From: Podarcis liolepis
Taxonomy: Eukaryota
DNA length: 64,000 bases
Direction: 5' to 3' (one strand)
NCBI GenBank assembly: GCA_965112155.1
Contig: OZ218104.1
This document shows positions 25,511-37,498 of this stretch, in pieces. The notes under the pieces are model-generated. The model worked only from the letters and a program-made list of their open reading frames with translations. It searched no databases and was not told the origin of the DNA. Both the position numbers and the translations under genes were made by a program. Position 1 is the first letter of the stretch. Each line of letters opens with the position of its first letter.

Positions 25511-25702
25511 ATGAAGACCTGAACTCAGACAGCTCTTCCCAAGCTACATTTAACAAAAAGAACAATAGTGTTCTACCTCTCAGCTGGCAAAACATCAGCA
25601 GTTGAAACTGGAAGTGATTCCTTGACCCACTCAAAGGTCTCCTGGATCACAAGCCCATCTTGAGTGATGACACTGGGCCCAAGCATCTTACAGTTTATTC
25701 TA

Positions 25703-25875
25703 AATAGTACCTTGGGTTAAGAACTTTGCTTCAGGATAAAAACAGAAATTGTGCAGTGGCAGCATGGCGGCAGCAGGAGGCCCCATTAGCTAAAGTGGTA
25801 CCTCAGGTTAAGAACAGTTTCAGGTTAAGAACAGACCTCCAGAACAAATTAAGTTCTTAACCCGAGGTACCACTG
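25703..25875. mobile_element. Tigger-like MITE, same family as 10048-10243
   Basis: Right TIR GAGGTACCACTG+TA; degenerate left TIR; repeated GGTTAAGAAC motifs. Confidence 0.75.
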
Positions 25876-27987
25876 TATTCAATGCTAATCCTAGCCATTG
25901 AAGTTAATGGACATGTCTTGTAGACACCCTGAAATCACTGGACACAACTAACAAGTTTCCATGTGTCTACTCTGTGTAGGACTTGGCTGGAATCAACCTT
26001 ATGCTTTTAATATGCACAGAACCAAAGAACTGAGATGAAAAGCTATTATTATAATTAATATTTTAACCGCAATTGGCCTAATATATGAGAGTGTATCATC
26101 ATCTTGGACAGGAAATAACATTCAAATTAAATAAAGAAACCACACTCAATTAATGGTGCATTTACGGTAGACACCTTCCACCTTCCAACTGAAGATGTGG
26201 AAGCAAAATCAAAGGCTGAAAATCTCCACTCTCCCTACTCCAGTGAGGTTAATCACCTTCATCCATCACCACCTGCCAGTAATTGGGCATACAACAAGGC
26301 ATCACTTTCCATTCCACCCTGTACTCATTCCTTGCAGTACCCTTTGTGACGTGTAAGCCCACTCCGCCCCATTACACCCTGTTACACCCCATTATGCCCG
26401 CCCCCATTACACCCTTTTTCAGGCCACTTCTGGGTTCCAATCATGTGTGCATTGAACTGAAATGCTCATTTTTCCACTCCACTCATTACAACGCAAAGGA
26501 AATGCAATACAAATAAGAGAAAAACAATTACCTATAGTTTGGGGACTGAAAACAACGACAACAACGACAACAAGTAGTAACCAACTGCATTTGCTGGATT
26601 GGTTTTTGCTCTGGACATGGGACAAATAAGCGAACATCGGTAATTTCCACTCCATTTCAGTTTTTTCTGATGTTGCTACAAGTAATTCTGAGTGTATTTA
26701 TTTATTTATCCTAAGTGCTCAGCATCATATATTATGAGCCACCAATACAGCAATCATGTGCAAACCATACCCTTCCTAGCTAGGCTCTCCACCGAAGAAA
26801 CCAAAGAGCTTGAGAAGTATTTCTTTTCCAGATACATTCTTTTCTCCACGCAGCCTCATCACCGTGCAGAGATGATGTGATCTGAAAGCATATTATTTTG
26901 GACGCCAGCCAGTCATCTGGGAATCCTTTGCATGTACCTGAAATAGAACCAAAGTAAGGGCAGATCGAGGTGAGCAGCTTCTCGGTCCTACCTGAAAGCT
27001 CTGTAGGTGGCCGTAGGCCACTTGACTCAAAGCCAAATCAAGCACCTGGCTCAGAGTTGGATGCTTGCCAGTTTTATATCATATTCTGTTCCTTGAATTA
27101 TGGTGTCTGGGGACCCCTTTCAGGGCTTATTGTTGTACATCTTTTTCAAACTAATTCCTCACTGAAAGATGTTTGAAATCCAAAGAGTTATTCCATCCAC
27201 CCCCTCCTAGCTTCCTACCATATTCAGAGCTGCTGACACTTGTCCTGTTCGGTCAAAGAAAAATCTATTTGAAGATTTTGTATCACAGAGCTTAAATCTT
27301 TTTGAAATTAACTCTTTGATAGCCCTCCTATGAGGATATTTTTGCCATATTGTAGGTACCATTAAGTATGTATGCAAACGTACCTGGGAGTTAACCAGGC
27401 AGGGGAAGGGATGTGGCTCTGTAGTAAATTGCACACTTTGCCTGCCAAAGGTCCTGGGTTCAATTTCTAGCATATCCAGTTAAAGAAATTCAATGTCTGA
27501 AACCCTGGACAACCACGGACCATCAGCATAGATAATTACTAAGCTATCTGTACCCATTGTCTGGCTTGATATAAGGCCACTTTCTGTGTCACTAAGCCCC
27601 AAGGCAACAGTAGGATTTACATCTGAGTAGACACGTGTAGTCTTGAATAGACCATAACCACTGAAGATCATTTTCATTGTTCAAAAAGAAGAAGAAAACG
27701 GTCTCCTATTACAATACCGCACACTTTTTACAGATGTACAGAAAGCAACTTTCAAAAAATTAACACATTACAATAAGATCAAAATGCTACCTAAAAACAA
27801 GCTAACACCAATGCAAATGGCAGCAAAAACAAGAGAGTCATGTTAAAAGCTCCTCTTCTGGATCAGTTTTTTCGATTTTTGTATTTGTTGCTGTTGATTT
27901 TTTTGCATGGAGGACAGAAAGGTCTGTTTCAACTTTTGGGGGTGCAGTCTCCTTAGCTACCAGTTTTAGAGAGGGAGGCAGCATGAA

Positions 27988-28195
27988 CACTGGCTGAGGA
28001 AGATGAGTGTGGGGGGAGCACACCACCCCCGGCAGCGCAACCCCCAGGGTGCCATTGCAGCTGCCCCCCCACCCGCACTGGGCACCACGCCGCCACAGGC
28101 GGTGCCGCCCGCCCCCGGGACACGTGCCAGCCCCGCCTCTGCCTGCTCTCCTCCTCCCCCCCCCCCCAGTGCCAGAGCATGAAGCTCCGCCACTG
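27988..28195. mobile_element. hAT-type MITE
   Basis: Termini CACTGGCTGAG / CTCCGCCACTG; 8-bp TSD agcatgaa/ggcatgaa; GC-rich interior explains the overlapping ORFs. Confidence 0.75.
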
Positions 28196-29514
28196 GGCAT
28201 GAAATGGCTATGTTGGGGAAGGGGAGTCACAGAATGTGGCCTATGGGTCATCTCCTCCTCCATTTCCTGGCAGTGTCATGAGCAGATGTGGGAACCAATC
28301 CCACATTGCGGGGCCAAATGTGGCTCCCCAGTCCTATCTAGTGCTGAGGACTCTCTCCTGGCCACACCTTCCTTTTAGGCCACACCCCTCACTGTTTCTG
28401 AGTGCTTTCGCCAGGCTGGAGCTTGTCCCTGATCTGAAATAATGTCTCTGCTTGCATATTTTAGGGATGCAGAGATGGGTGTGGATATATCTCTGGCTTT
28501 TTGAGAGTCTGCAATGTATCCTTGTGTACAGTTGCATTTGCTGCTCCACCCAGTTTTGTCTCTGGCCCTGCCCATCACGGGTATGTGGTTCCACATACGA
28601 TGATACAGCCCTTGGGCTGAAAAAGGTTCTACACCCCAGTCTAAAACTTGTCTTGAAACAATTGTTCATGCAAACTGAAGTTGCTGTGAACATCTGCAGC
28701 AATCACTGCATGACACTGCCTTCACTGCTGACTCCTCTACCTGTGAACATTAGTCTGAGGCCAACCCTCAGTGTCACGTGTTTTCCATGTGCAATGGAAC
28801 TGTAGTTTCTCAGTCCACACACCTGATGATTTTCTCATAACCTCCCATCATATCCCCGTCACCTCTCAGCAAAGATGTTCATAGCAGCTCCAGCATCATA
28901 TTACAAAGCCATTGGGGAGCTTATATTTCTCTGAGGCTTCTCACTGGGAGCATGAAGCCATATTCTCTGACTGGTGTGAACTGACACAGCGCCGCAGAAG
29001 TCAGCCTAGCTAGCTAGAATTTCAGTTCAGTTCAGGAGCCTAACAAGTTAGAGCAGCTGCAGCAACTGGGTATTTTGTAGTCCATAGCTAATTATAAGGG
29101 AGGGCTGAGCCCATATAGTGGAACTGCCTGCCTGGCCTCCAGATATCCAGTGGAATTATGGACGAAATTGGCTTTGTTCTTCATTAGCAAGTAAATTGTC
29201 TGTGCAAAAAAAGAGAGAGCATTTTATAAGGTAATTTGGGTTTTCTAATGAAGATTTATTCTTTGATAGAAACATATTAAAAATGCTGGCATCCATTTGT
29301 CACAGGAGACCATGTGCCTTTGGGCTGAGGTCAAGCAGTGCTGGATTAAACCCTGTGGAGGCCTCTAGGCAGTCAAAATCTCGGGGGGGGGGTTGCATGC
29401 TCTATGGAATAACATTGAACTAAGAAAGCTTGGTTTTAATTTCCTTTAAGACCAAGTCAATGTTATTTTGATCCATTGTTGTAGGGCCCATGCCTGTTTG
29501 GTAATCCAGCACTA

Positions 29515-29775
29515 CGATCAAGCTGTTGGAAGGTTGTAGCACCTGCTATGACTGTAAAGACCAATGCAGAAGAGACATGTTTTGTTGCAGCTGGGACAGA
29601 TGAAGGTGCTCAGTTGTGCTGCTGCTGTAGATGCACCATGGCTTTTCTTCTCTCTGCACTCCACCCAGTGGTCATTTCTCCTCTGGTTACTGCTATGGAT
29701 AAACAACTTGACAGCCTGTTTCCAGGCACTGCTATCATCTGCAATTGATTCTCACATAGCAAGGTTGATGTTGCA
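29515..29775 (-). mobile_element. RTE-clade LINE 3' fragment
   Basis: ESIADDSSAWKQAV...TFICPSCNKTCLFCIGLYSHSRC resembles the RTE C-terminal C2H2-like finger. Confidence 0.72.
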
Positions 29776-29796
29776 TTATACAGCCAAGATCATTGC

Positions 29797-29853
29797 TCCT
29801 TCCTTCCTTCCTTCTTCCTTCCTTCCTTCCTTCTTCCTTCCTTCCTTCCTTCC
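29797..29853. repeat. (CCTT)n microsatellite
   Basis: Seen directly, imperfect. Confidence 0.95.
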
Positions 29854-31754
29854 GTGAATGTAGAACTGTTTTTGATCACTGCCACTGTATTCCTCCACAA
29901 CAACCTGGGCACTATGTTGCTCCAGGACACTGTGAGGGAGAAATGGCAGCAGACAGACACACATGGGCCTTTTCTTTCCTGGTAATACTCCATAATGGTG
30001 CAACCTCTGGAAGATCCTGGACAGGAGATGGAATAAGCACTTATAAATAGTAGCTACTTAGTTCAGCCTCCAGAGACCCCTAAGTGCTCCCCCTCAACCA
30101 AAGTGGTACAAAAGAATAATGACCAGTCCATATGGGAGTACCAAAGCACATACCCATTCTTATCCATCCATAACTCTGTGAGCATAGGGACATGGGAAGT
30201 AAATGTAACTAATAAGCAAATGATGCCAAGTGAAACCATCAGTCCATCTAATTCAGCACTGTCAACTTGGCATCAGCTCTTCAGGGTTTCCGACAGGGGA
30301 CCTTCCCAGGCTGACCTGGAGACTCGGGGGGTGAACTTCATGTTTTCTGCATGAAAAACCAAGTGCTGCACCACTGAGCTCTCATCTTTTCCTTTTGTTT
30401 TGTGCATTAATTTAGGAACAGATGAAAATGAAAGCCTAAGACCCTAATTCCAGATGAAGGAACAGTTAGAGTCACTTAAATTCCACCACCACCCCCCCCT
30501 TTAAAAATGATATTTCTCAAATAAAACATACTATCCAAGACAGCAGTTGTGGTAAACAGAATAAACAAGACCAAATAAATGGGACTATATATATATACAG
30601 CTTCAAGTGAGAAAGCCAAGAAAGAAGTGAGAGGAAGGAAAAGTAGCAACAGCCAGCCTGATGCACAGGAAAATCCTGTCCTATTCCAAACTAGAACAAT
30701 CAATAATTGTCAAGGCCTTTTAGTTTGGAAAGAATTATTGCTGGCACTCCTCATATCACATTCATTTAATAATCTATCATAAATCTTAAAAAAATAAAAA
30801 TGCTTGGTAGCACATTCCTCTAGGTTTTTTTCTCGCACACTCTTCTCCCTGCCCTTTGGAATGGGCGATCTGTAATTAGTTGCTACAACTCCTGATGCTA
30901 AACTTGTAATTTAAAATTGAGAGAGTCTCAAACTGTCTGGACAAATGAGATATGTACTTACAAGTCTGGCAATTGTCCAAGGAAAAGAAGGTCTGTTATT
31001 ATCTTTGGTTGCCTCTATTACCAGAATAATGAGGGAGCTTTGCAAATCAGCATGACAAATTAGGAAAGAAAAACAGATCTCCAAAGGCAGGAAGGTTTTA
31101 GCACTACTTTAAATTAAACCTTCCTGGTTAGATTTATTTTCCTAAACATACATTTGTTGCAATTAGCTACTGGGACCATGGGGGCTTAATGATTTTTTTC
31201 TTCTTCAAAAACGATACTTTAGAAGCTGTTAAGAGAGGGGAAAGTTACTGTGGTGATTATTTGGGTGTTTCTTTTCTCTGTCATTTCAGAATAAAAATGA
31301 GATGTGGCACTAAAAAAAAATTCAGGACAACTGGGATATAACTATAGAAGACATGTCACCTCATTCCCCTGGTTTCTGACATGCTTAGTGGGAAATAAAT
31401 TAAAAACAAACAGAAGTCTTATTCACACATTCAGTGACCATGTCAGTGGTTTTGCCCCTCTATCCCCATCACACAACCCTTCCACCAGGGATGGTGAATT
31501 TGTCATAACTGGCAGAGTGAGGAAGCTGTATCGGGCAGTGAGTGCTGGAGACAGGGAGTGGTGACAAGTTGTTGGAGGATGGAGCCTGCTGCCCACTGAT
31601 GGGTGGGAGGACAGTGCCCCATCACCAGTTTTTAAGTGAGATTAAACCATTGGTCCAGTTGGCTTCTGTACACAGAATGGAAGGCATCATCTTGTTCTTT
31701 ACCTCGGATATCAAAAGTGTCTTGGAGAATGATGACTCTAAGATGCTAGTGGAA

Positions 31755-31985
31755 GTCAGAACGATCTTAAAAAACATTAAAAACAATTAAAAACAAAATA
31801 GCAGTCACAGGAATAGGGTAGGTCCTAAAATAGTACACCTCACATATCAGCCAGGGTACAGAAGTGAATCTTCAGCATACAACAAAAACTGCATAGTGAT
31901 TGTGCCAGATACATCTCTGTAGGGAGGGTGACCCACAACTTAGGGGCTGCCACAGCAAATGCCTTCTCTTAGGCCATCACCACCC
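31755..31985 (-). mobile_element. L2-type LINE 3' fragment
   Basis: Minus strand reads as GCAGCCCCTAAGTTGTGG...CTCCCT...GAAGATTCACTTCT followed by a T-rich UTR. Confidence 0.45.
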
Positions 31986-34303
31986 TAGATTAAGAACTGG
32001 TAACACCTGCAGCTGTTTTTAAAAGGGGATTATATGAGTTATCAGCAGGACAATGGCTAGTAATGTGTCTGCAGCATTTTGGACCAATTTAGATTTCTGA
32101 GACATCTTCAAAGGCAGCCCCACACACAGCAGCTTGCAATAAACTGGTTACTAGAGTATGGAGTACAGTGGCCAATTCCTTTCAGTCCAAAAGGGGCCAT
32201 AGCTGGCAAACCAGCCAGACCTGGAAAAGGTACTCCTAGGCACGGAGACCACCTGTGCTTCCAATGACATTGTTGGGCAGTATTGGATCCAGGACCCAAG
32301 CTATGTACCTGCTCATTCCAGAGGAGTGCAACTCCATTCAGGACAAGTCATCTCCCCACTTCCTGGCCTTGAGAACTCAGGACTTATAACAACTTATGTC
32401 TTTTTAGGATTCTGCTTCATTTTATTGGCTCACTTTGAGCCCATTGCTGATGCCAAGCACTGGTGATGCTTTCTTTCTCTTCTAGCTTTGCAATTCTGAA
32501 TTGCCTGGTCTGTTTCCAAAGTAGGACCAATGCAGAACCTCCATTGGTCCCTCTTGTTATTTCCCAAAAATTCCGCAAAGCGTTGCACATAAACAATTTG
32601 CTACAGCTAGCCTTACTTAAGTTTATTTGTGTCTTTCTTCCTGCTTTCCATTACTGATGCAGATGTGCAAAAGAAAAAAAAGTTGCAAAAAGGAACTATA
32701 TTTGATTTCTTTTCTTTAAAAAAACCCAAAACACATGAAAATATAATCTTTTGTGCTCAAGCAGAAGAATGTGGTGGTCTCAAAGAGTGTGTTTATTTTT
32801 CAAACAAAAGAGAGACAAGCCACCAGTCAGCTTTCTTCCTTCCAATGTCTTCAATGTGGTCTAATTAATCAAGTCAAAATGAATTAAAAAATGGTAACCT
32901 TTTGCCAAGCACATAAAAGAGATGTCTGCTGTTGACATTTAAATAAACAGCTCTTCTAAAGAAAGGTTCATTTTTGAAGGGGGGGGGGAATTAACTTTCA
33001 CAGATTCAGAGCTTTCTACAACTTTTTCCCACACATTGTTGTCTTACAAAGACTAAATATAAATGTACCCACACATCCATCATAATCACTGCCACCCAGG
33101 AACCAGGGACTTTGGAGGTTATTTTAACAATTGGGATAATCCAGGTCACGTTAAGTCCATTGATTTTGACAGATATGGTCAAGTACATACATTTGGGTGA
33201 ATGTCAACATATATGCACAAATGTTGATAATCCCAGACAAATTTTGAGAATGTTTAAGAACTCAGGCTGAATTCTGACAGTCACCTTGATTGATGGTTTA
33301 CATCAGGTCTGGTCCAAGACATTTTGCTGCCTGAGGCAAAGCAGGATGATTCTCCACTACCACCACATTCCATGCACAGAAGCAAATGAATCTTATTCCA
33401 ACACTGGCAATGAGACAGAGTCCTCCAACTGCCTTGAGGGCAGCGGGCTAGGCTAAGCAGAGTGCACACAGCTCTGTCCCCACAACACAAGGAATCAGCT
33501 GTGGGAGCAGAGAATGTAGCCTCTCCCCAGTGTCCAGTATCCACCACCTGAGGTGTCTGCCTTACTCTGCCTAATGGCAGGGACGGTCCTAGATAGCACT
33601 TCTGTATGTGTATTTGCTGCTACCAACTTCAGCTAGTAGACCAGCTTTGTCCTTGGCAGGAAGATGGGGAGCTAAACTCTGCTATCCATGCCCATGTCTT
33701 CAAGCTTAGACTTTGACTGAAGGGCAGCATTAAAAATAAATAAACAAACAAATATTCATGTAGCATCTGTACTGAAACAGCTGCAATGGCAACTGCTTCA
33801 AAATGTTCATTTTAACACAGAAAGCCCTACTTGGTGGAATATTTCAGGGAACACTTCCTGCCATATTTATTTGTTCATTTATTGAAGCAGGTATCAGGAA
33901 CTCCCCTACTCCTTGCAAGCCAAATTTGATGGGTGAGGCCACCCACCTGTCAGTCACCTGATGTGTCAATGACATTAGGCAATAGGGTGCTTTGAAGGCC
34001 CCTTGTGTCTCAAAGTGCCACCAATCTACTGATCAGCAGCACTTCAAAGAGCTGAGCTATTTGCAGCCAACCCCTGCAGAAAATGGGGGCTAAAACTAAG
34101 CACCCACCAGCTGGGAGGCAGTCAGTTCAAACTCTGTTTTTTGGCTGTGCTATTGAGTTCCCCATGGGTATGTAATTCTTGTACACATTACTTGCTCCAG
34201 CAGATTGAGTGGGTGTGACCAATAGCAGGTCTAATGGTCGAGAAGGTGATTACTGCATGTGCTGTAGAGGGAAGTGAGAGGCAGAGGTGGATCCTAAACC
34301 TCT

Positions 34304-34644
34304 AAAGGTAAAGGGACCCCTGACCATTAGGTCCAGTCGTGACCAACTCTGGGGTTGCGGTGCTCATCTCACTTTATTGGCCAAGGGAGCCGGCGTACAG
34401 CTGTGGCCAGCATGACTAAGCCGCTTCTGGTGAACCAGAGCAGCACACGGAAATGCCGTTTACCTTCCCGCCGGAGCGGTACCTATTTATCTACTTGCAC
34501 TTTGACATGCTTTTGAACTGCTAGGTTGGCAGGAGCAGGGACCAAGCAATGGGAGCCCACCCCGTCGCGTGGATTCAAACTGTTGACCTTTTGATCGGCA
34601 AGTCCTAGGCTCTGTGGTTTAACCCACAGCACCACCTGCGTCTC
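34304..34644 (-). mobile_element. Sauria SINE with perfect 12-bp TSD
   Basis: Same family as 871-1219; TSD tcctaaacctct at 34292-34303 and 34645-34656; ~10-nt internal deletion. Confidence 0.9.
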
Positions 34645-34656
34645 TCCTAAACCTCT

Positions 34657-34962
34657 GCTACCTTGCAAAATATATTCAGAAAAAGGAAAGGCTAATGAGT
34701 AAACCCTACACAAATCTGGAGTGGAGTCTCTAAGATTGCTGGATGGTGCCTTCTGCACCTCCTTCTGGCAACTCCTGCAGCCAAGCTGTGCTAAACATAT
34801 TGCTCTGCTCTCCTTTGGACCACCTCAGCAAGGCTGAGAGGAGGGTCTTGACATCTGGGCAACACAAGGACCTCCATACACATTGCCCAGGCTTTTGCCC
34901 CTGAGAGGTCACTTTGCTGCTGCTAACGCAGTGGTTTGACTTCACTCTTGGAGGCACACTCT
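34657..34962 (+). mobile_element. Probable RTE-clade LINE 5' UTR fragment (host of the adjacent Sauria SINE)
   Basis: GAGTAAACCCTACACAAATCTGGAGTGGAGTC...GGCAACTCCTGCAGCCAAGCTG resembles recalled RTE 5' UTR sequence; family and strand are tentative. Confidence 0.4.
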
Positions 34963-35139
34963 CAACAACAGCTTGGCTGGAGAAATGCATTGCAAAATTT
35001 GGTAAAGTGTGGATTTTGAAAGCTGACAGTATTTTTATTTGCATCTTGTTTCAGGAAGCGTGAATTTTTATAATGTTTTGATGGATGAAAAGGACCACCA
35101 AAAGGCTCTTGATGGTGGAGCAGCTCCCCTTAGGAGGAA

Positions 35140-35410
35140 AGTGTACAACTTTAGGGGATTTCTGGTTCTAGAGCTTGGGGGAGGCAAATAAGGAGGAACA
35201 TGACAGAGGTTTTTAAAACTATGCATTGTGTGAATAAAGTGGATTAAAGACAAGGGTTTTTTCCCCTCCATCTCCCATAATACTAGAACCCAGGGCTATC
35301 CAATGAAGTTGAATGTTGGGAAATTCAGGACAGACAAAGGAAAGTATTACTTTATGAAAAACATTTACGGACTTCACTATCACAAGACGTGGTGATGGCC
35401 ATCAACTTGC
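35140..35410 (+). mobile_element. CR1 3' ORF2 fragment
   Basis: TCCCATAATACTAGAACCCAGGGCTATCCAATGAAGTTGAATGTTGGGAAATTCAGGACAGACAAAGG (TRGH-MKL-FRTD-like). Confidence 0.6.
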
Positions 35411-36697
35411 CCAGAAAGGGATGCAGCCCTTTGGCTAGAAAGAGGTCCCCCACTCCTGCACTGGCTTTGCAACTTTCTTCAATGACCTTTCAATTGCTTT
35501 CCTCTGGCAGGCAAAGACTTGTTCAGACAGGCCATTGGGTTGTTGCGTTGAGTGTACACTTCTGCATCTAGGTAATGGTGGATAGCTTTGAGTCAGCTGC
35601 TGTTTCTGCTTTTAGCTGCTTGTTGTATACATGGTGTTCAGCATCTTATGAGATTGTACCCTTTATTTTATTTTGTTTCTTCTATTTAACTCCTCGTTAG
35701 TTTTCTTTTGGGTAGAGGATTTCAGAAAGGTGGGGCCAAACAATTAAATAATACATAAATGACATCATCTATTTAGTTTAAAACTAATACTAAATAAATG
35801 AGATGGTGCTGCATGTCTACTTTAACAAAACATCACCATAGATCAGCAGCCACCACATCTTTTAAAGTGACACGTGCTTTGGGCCTGAAAGAACATGATT
35901 GTGATGCTAATTGTCTTCATCAAGTATTGCCTTGGATTTCTTCAACAGTTGGAAGAGGTAGCAACAGTGATTATTTAATTCAAGAGCAGTGTTTTGACTC
36001 ATTACAGACAACACAAAAATTCCCTCCAATGAATGCTCCCTGAATTACTTCAAGTCAATATATAATTACCAGTGAGATCCCACATGGTGCGCATATTGTT
36101 CCCACCAGGCAGGGGAAGAATGTAGTCCACATTCCACTACTCAAACCTTGGTTTGAAATGTTTGGCTATTTGGGTGGGCAGCAAAAGAAGAGACAAGGAA
36201 AATAAGAAGTCTTTCAACAAACAGGCTGATGGAATATAATGTGAGCAAAGGGTCTTTCCTGCTTTGCATTTCTCCTTCACCCTTGCTTAAAGGACAAGAA
36301 GGCATTTCAGCACTGTAGCTCTACTCCTGTTACTTTCCAAGTCCCATTCCTTTGCTTTAGTAGGCAACTGTGGTTGGTCTGTCCCTCTTAGCAGTGGAAA
36401 ACCAGTAGCCGTCCATATTTTGCTGGACTCACAAAACTCACTATCCCTCGCCATTAGCCTTGTGGACCAAGGACTGGTGTTAGGAGTCCAACCACATCTG
36501 CACAACAACCTATCTGCACACCTTGACCTATGGCAAAGCCCTTGGGCAAGAGTGGGGAATCTGTGTGCAAAAATATCTAGAGGTCCTCATGAAAATTCAT
36601 AAGCATTTTAGTGCAGATTTCTCCTGTGTGCTTAATATGTACACTTTGGCAAAGCAATTTTTCCTGACTAATTATATTTGCACAACATTTTCCCTAA

Positions 36698-36901
36698 GGG
36701 CTTATCCACACTTTCACTTGTTCTGCTGCTTTCACCTAGGGAAAAACACTCTTTAGTGCTCATTCGGAGGAAATGGCAATTAAGATATTCAGTAGATTGC
36801 CATTTGTTCCAATTCATCATTAAAGAGTGGTGTTTTCTCTAGGAAAGGAGTGGGGATCCATGCTTTCTAAGCATGAGACAAGGGGAAGTGTGGAAGAGCC
36901 C
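36698..36901. mobile_element. PIF/Harbinger-type MITE nested in an AT-rich repeat
   Basis: TIR GGGCTTATCCACACTT / AAGTGTGGAAGAGCCC with TAA TSD; related decayed copy at ~15790-15985. Confidence 0.75.
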
Positions 36902-37224
36902 TAAGACATGCATTTTTACGCATACGTTACCCTAATATATGCATTTTATATTCATTACTTGGCTAAAGAACTGCATTGCAAAATTTGAAGAAGCATGAAT
37001 TTAGAAAGGCAGCTGTGTTTCAGCTCATATATTGTTTCAGAAAGTATGATTTTGGTAGGTTTGCCTTCAAATACAAACTGAATCTGATTTCTCCCCCATC
37101 CCTGTTTCTTTGCCACCATTGCAACAAAGATGAAAGGAGACATAGTCTGCAGTTCTGAAGCTTTCAGTCACCCCCAGAAGTATTCTGATTACTATCAAGC
37201 TTACTATGTAAAGAATCGGTACCA

Positions 37225-37225
<1 letters not shown>

Positions 37226-37271
<46 letters not shown>

Positions 37272-37282
37272 TGAGTAGTAGT
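37226..37282. repeat. (AGT)n microsatellite
   Basis: Seen directly; source of the poly-Ser and poly-Tyr ORFs. Confidence 0.95.
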
Positions 37283-37287
37283 ATACC

Positions 37288-37498
37288 TCTAGGCACCAGG
37301 CAAAAACGTTCCTTTTTAACCAGGCCTTTTGTTGACCTGACCAACATCCCATACCCTTTTAAAATGTGGCTCTTGGGGGGGTATGATTGGGTTATTGCTT
37401 TTATTTTAATTTTATATTCGTGCTCTTTTTATGTGAAGCGCCCTGAGACCTCCAGGGATAGGGAAGTATATAAATTCAAGAAATAACAGTAATAATAT
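37288..37498 (+). mobile_element. L2-type LINE 3' end
   Basis: CAGGCAAAAACGTTCCTTTTTAACCAGGCCTTT...GTGAAGCGCCCTGAGACC...TATATAAAT terminal pattern. Confidence 0.55.

Noticed and set aside
27838-28378. GC-rich patch with several ORFs as a second promoter or gene
   Set aside because: Explained by a TSD-flanked hAT MITE (27988-28195); the same applies to the patches at 11.1-11.6 kb and 12.9-13.2 kb.
37130-37486. Poly-Ser and poly-Tyr ORFs
   Set aside because: Produced by the (AGT)n microsatellite plus an L2 tail.
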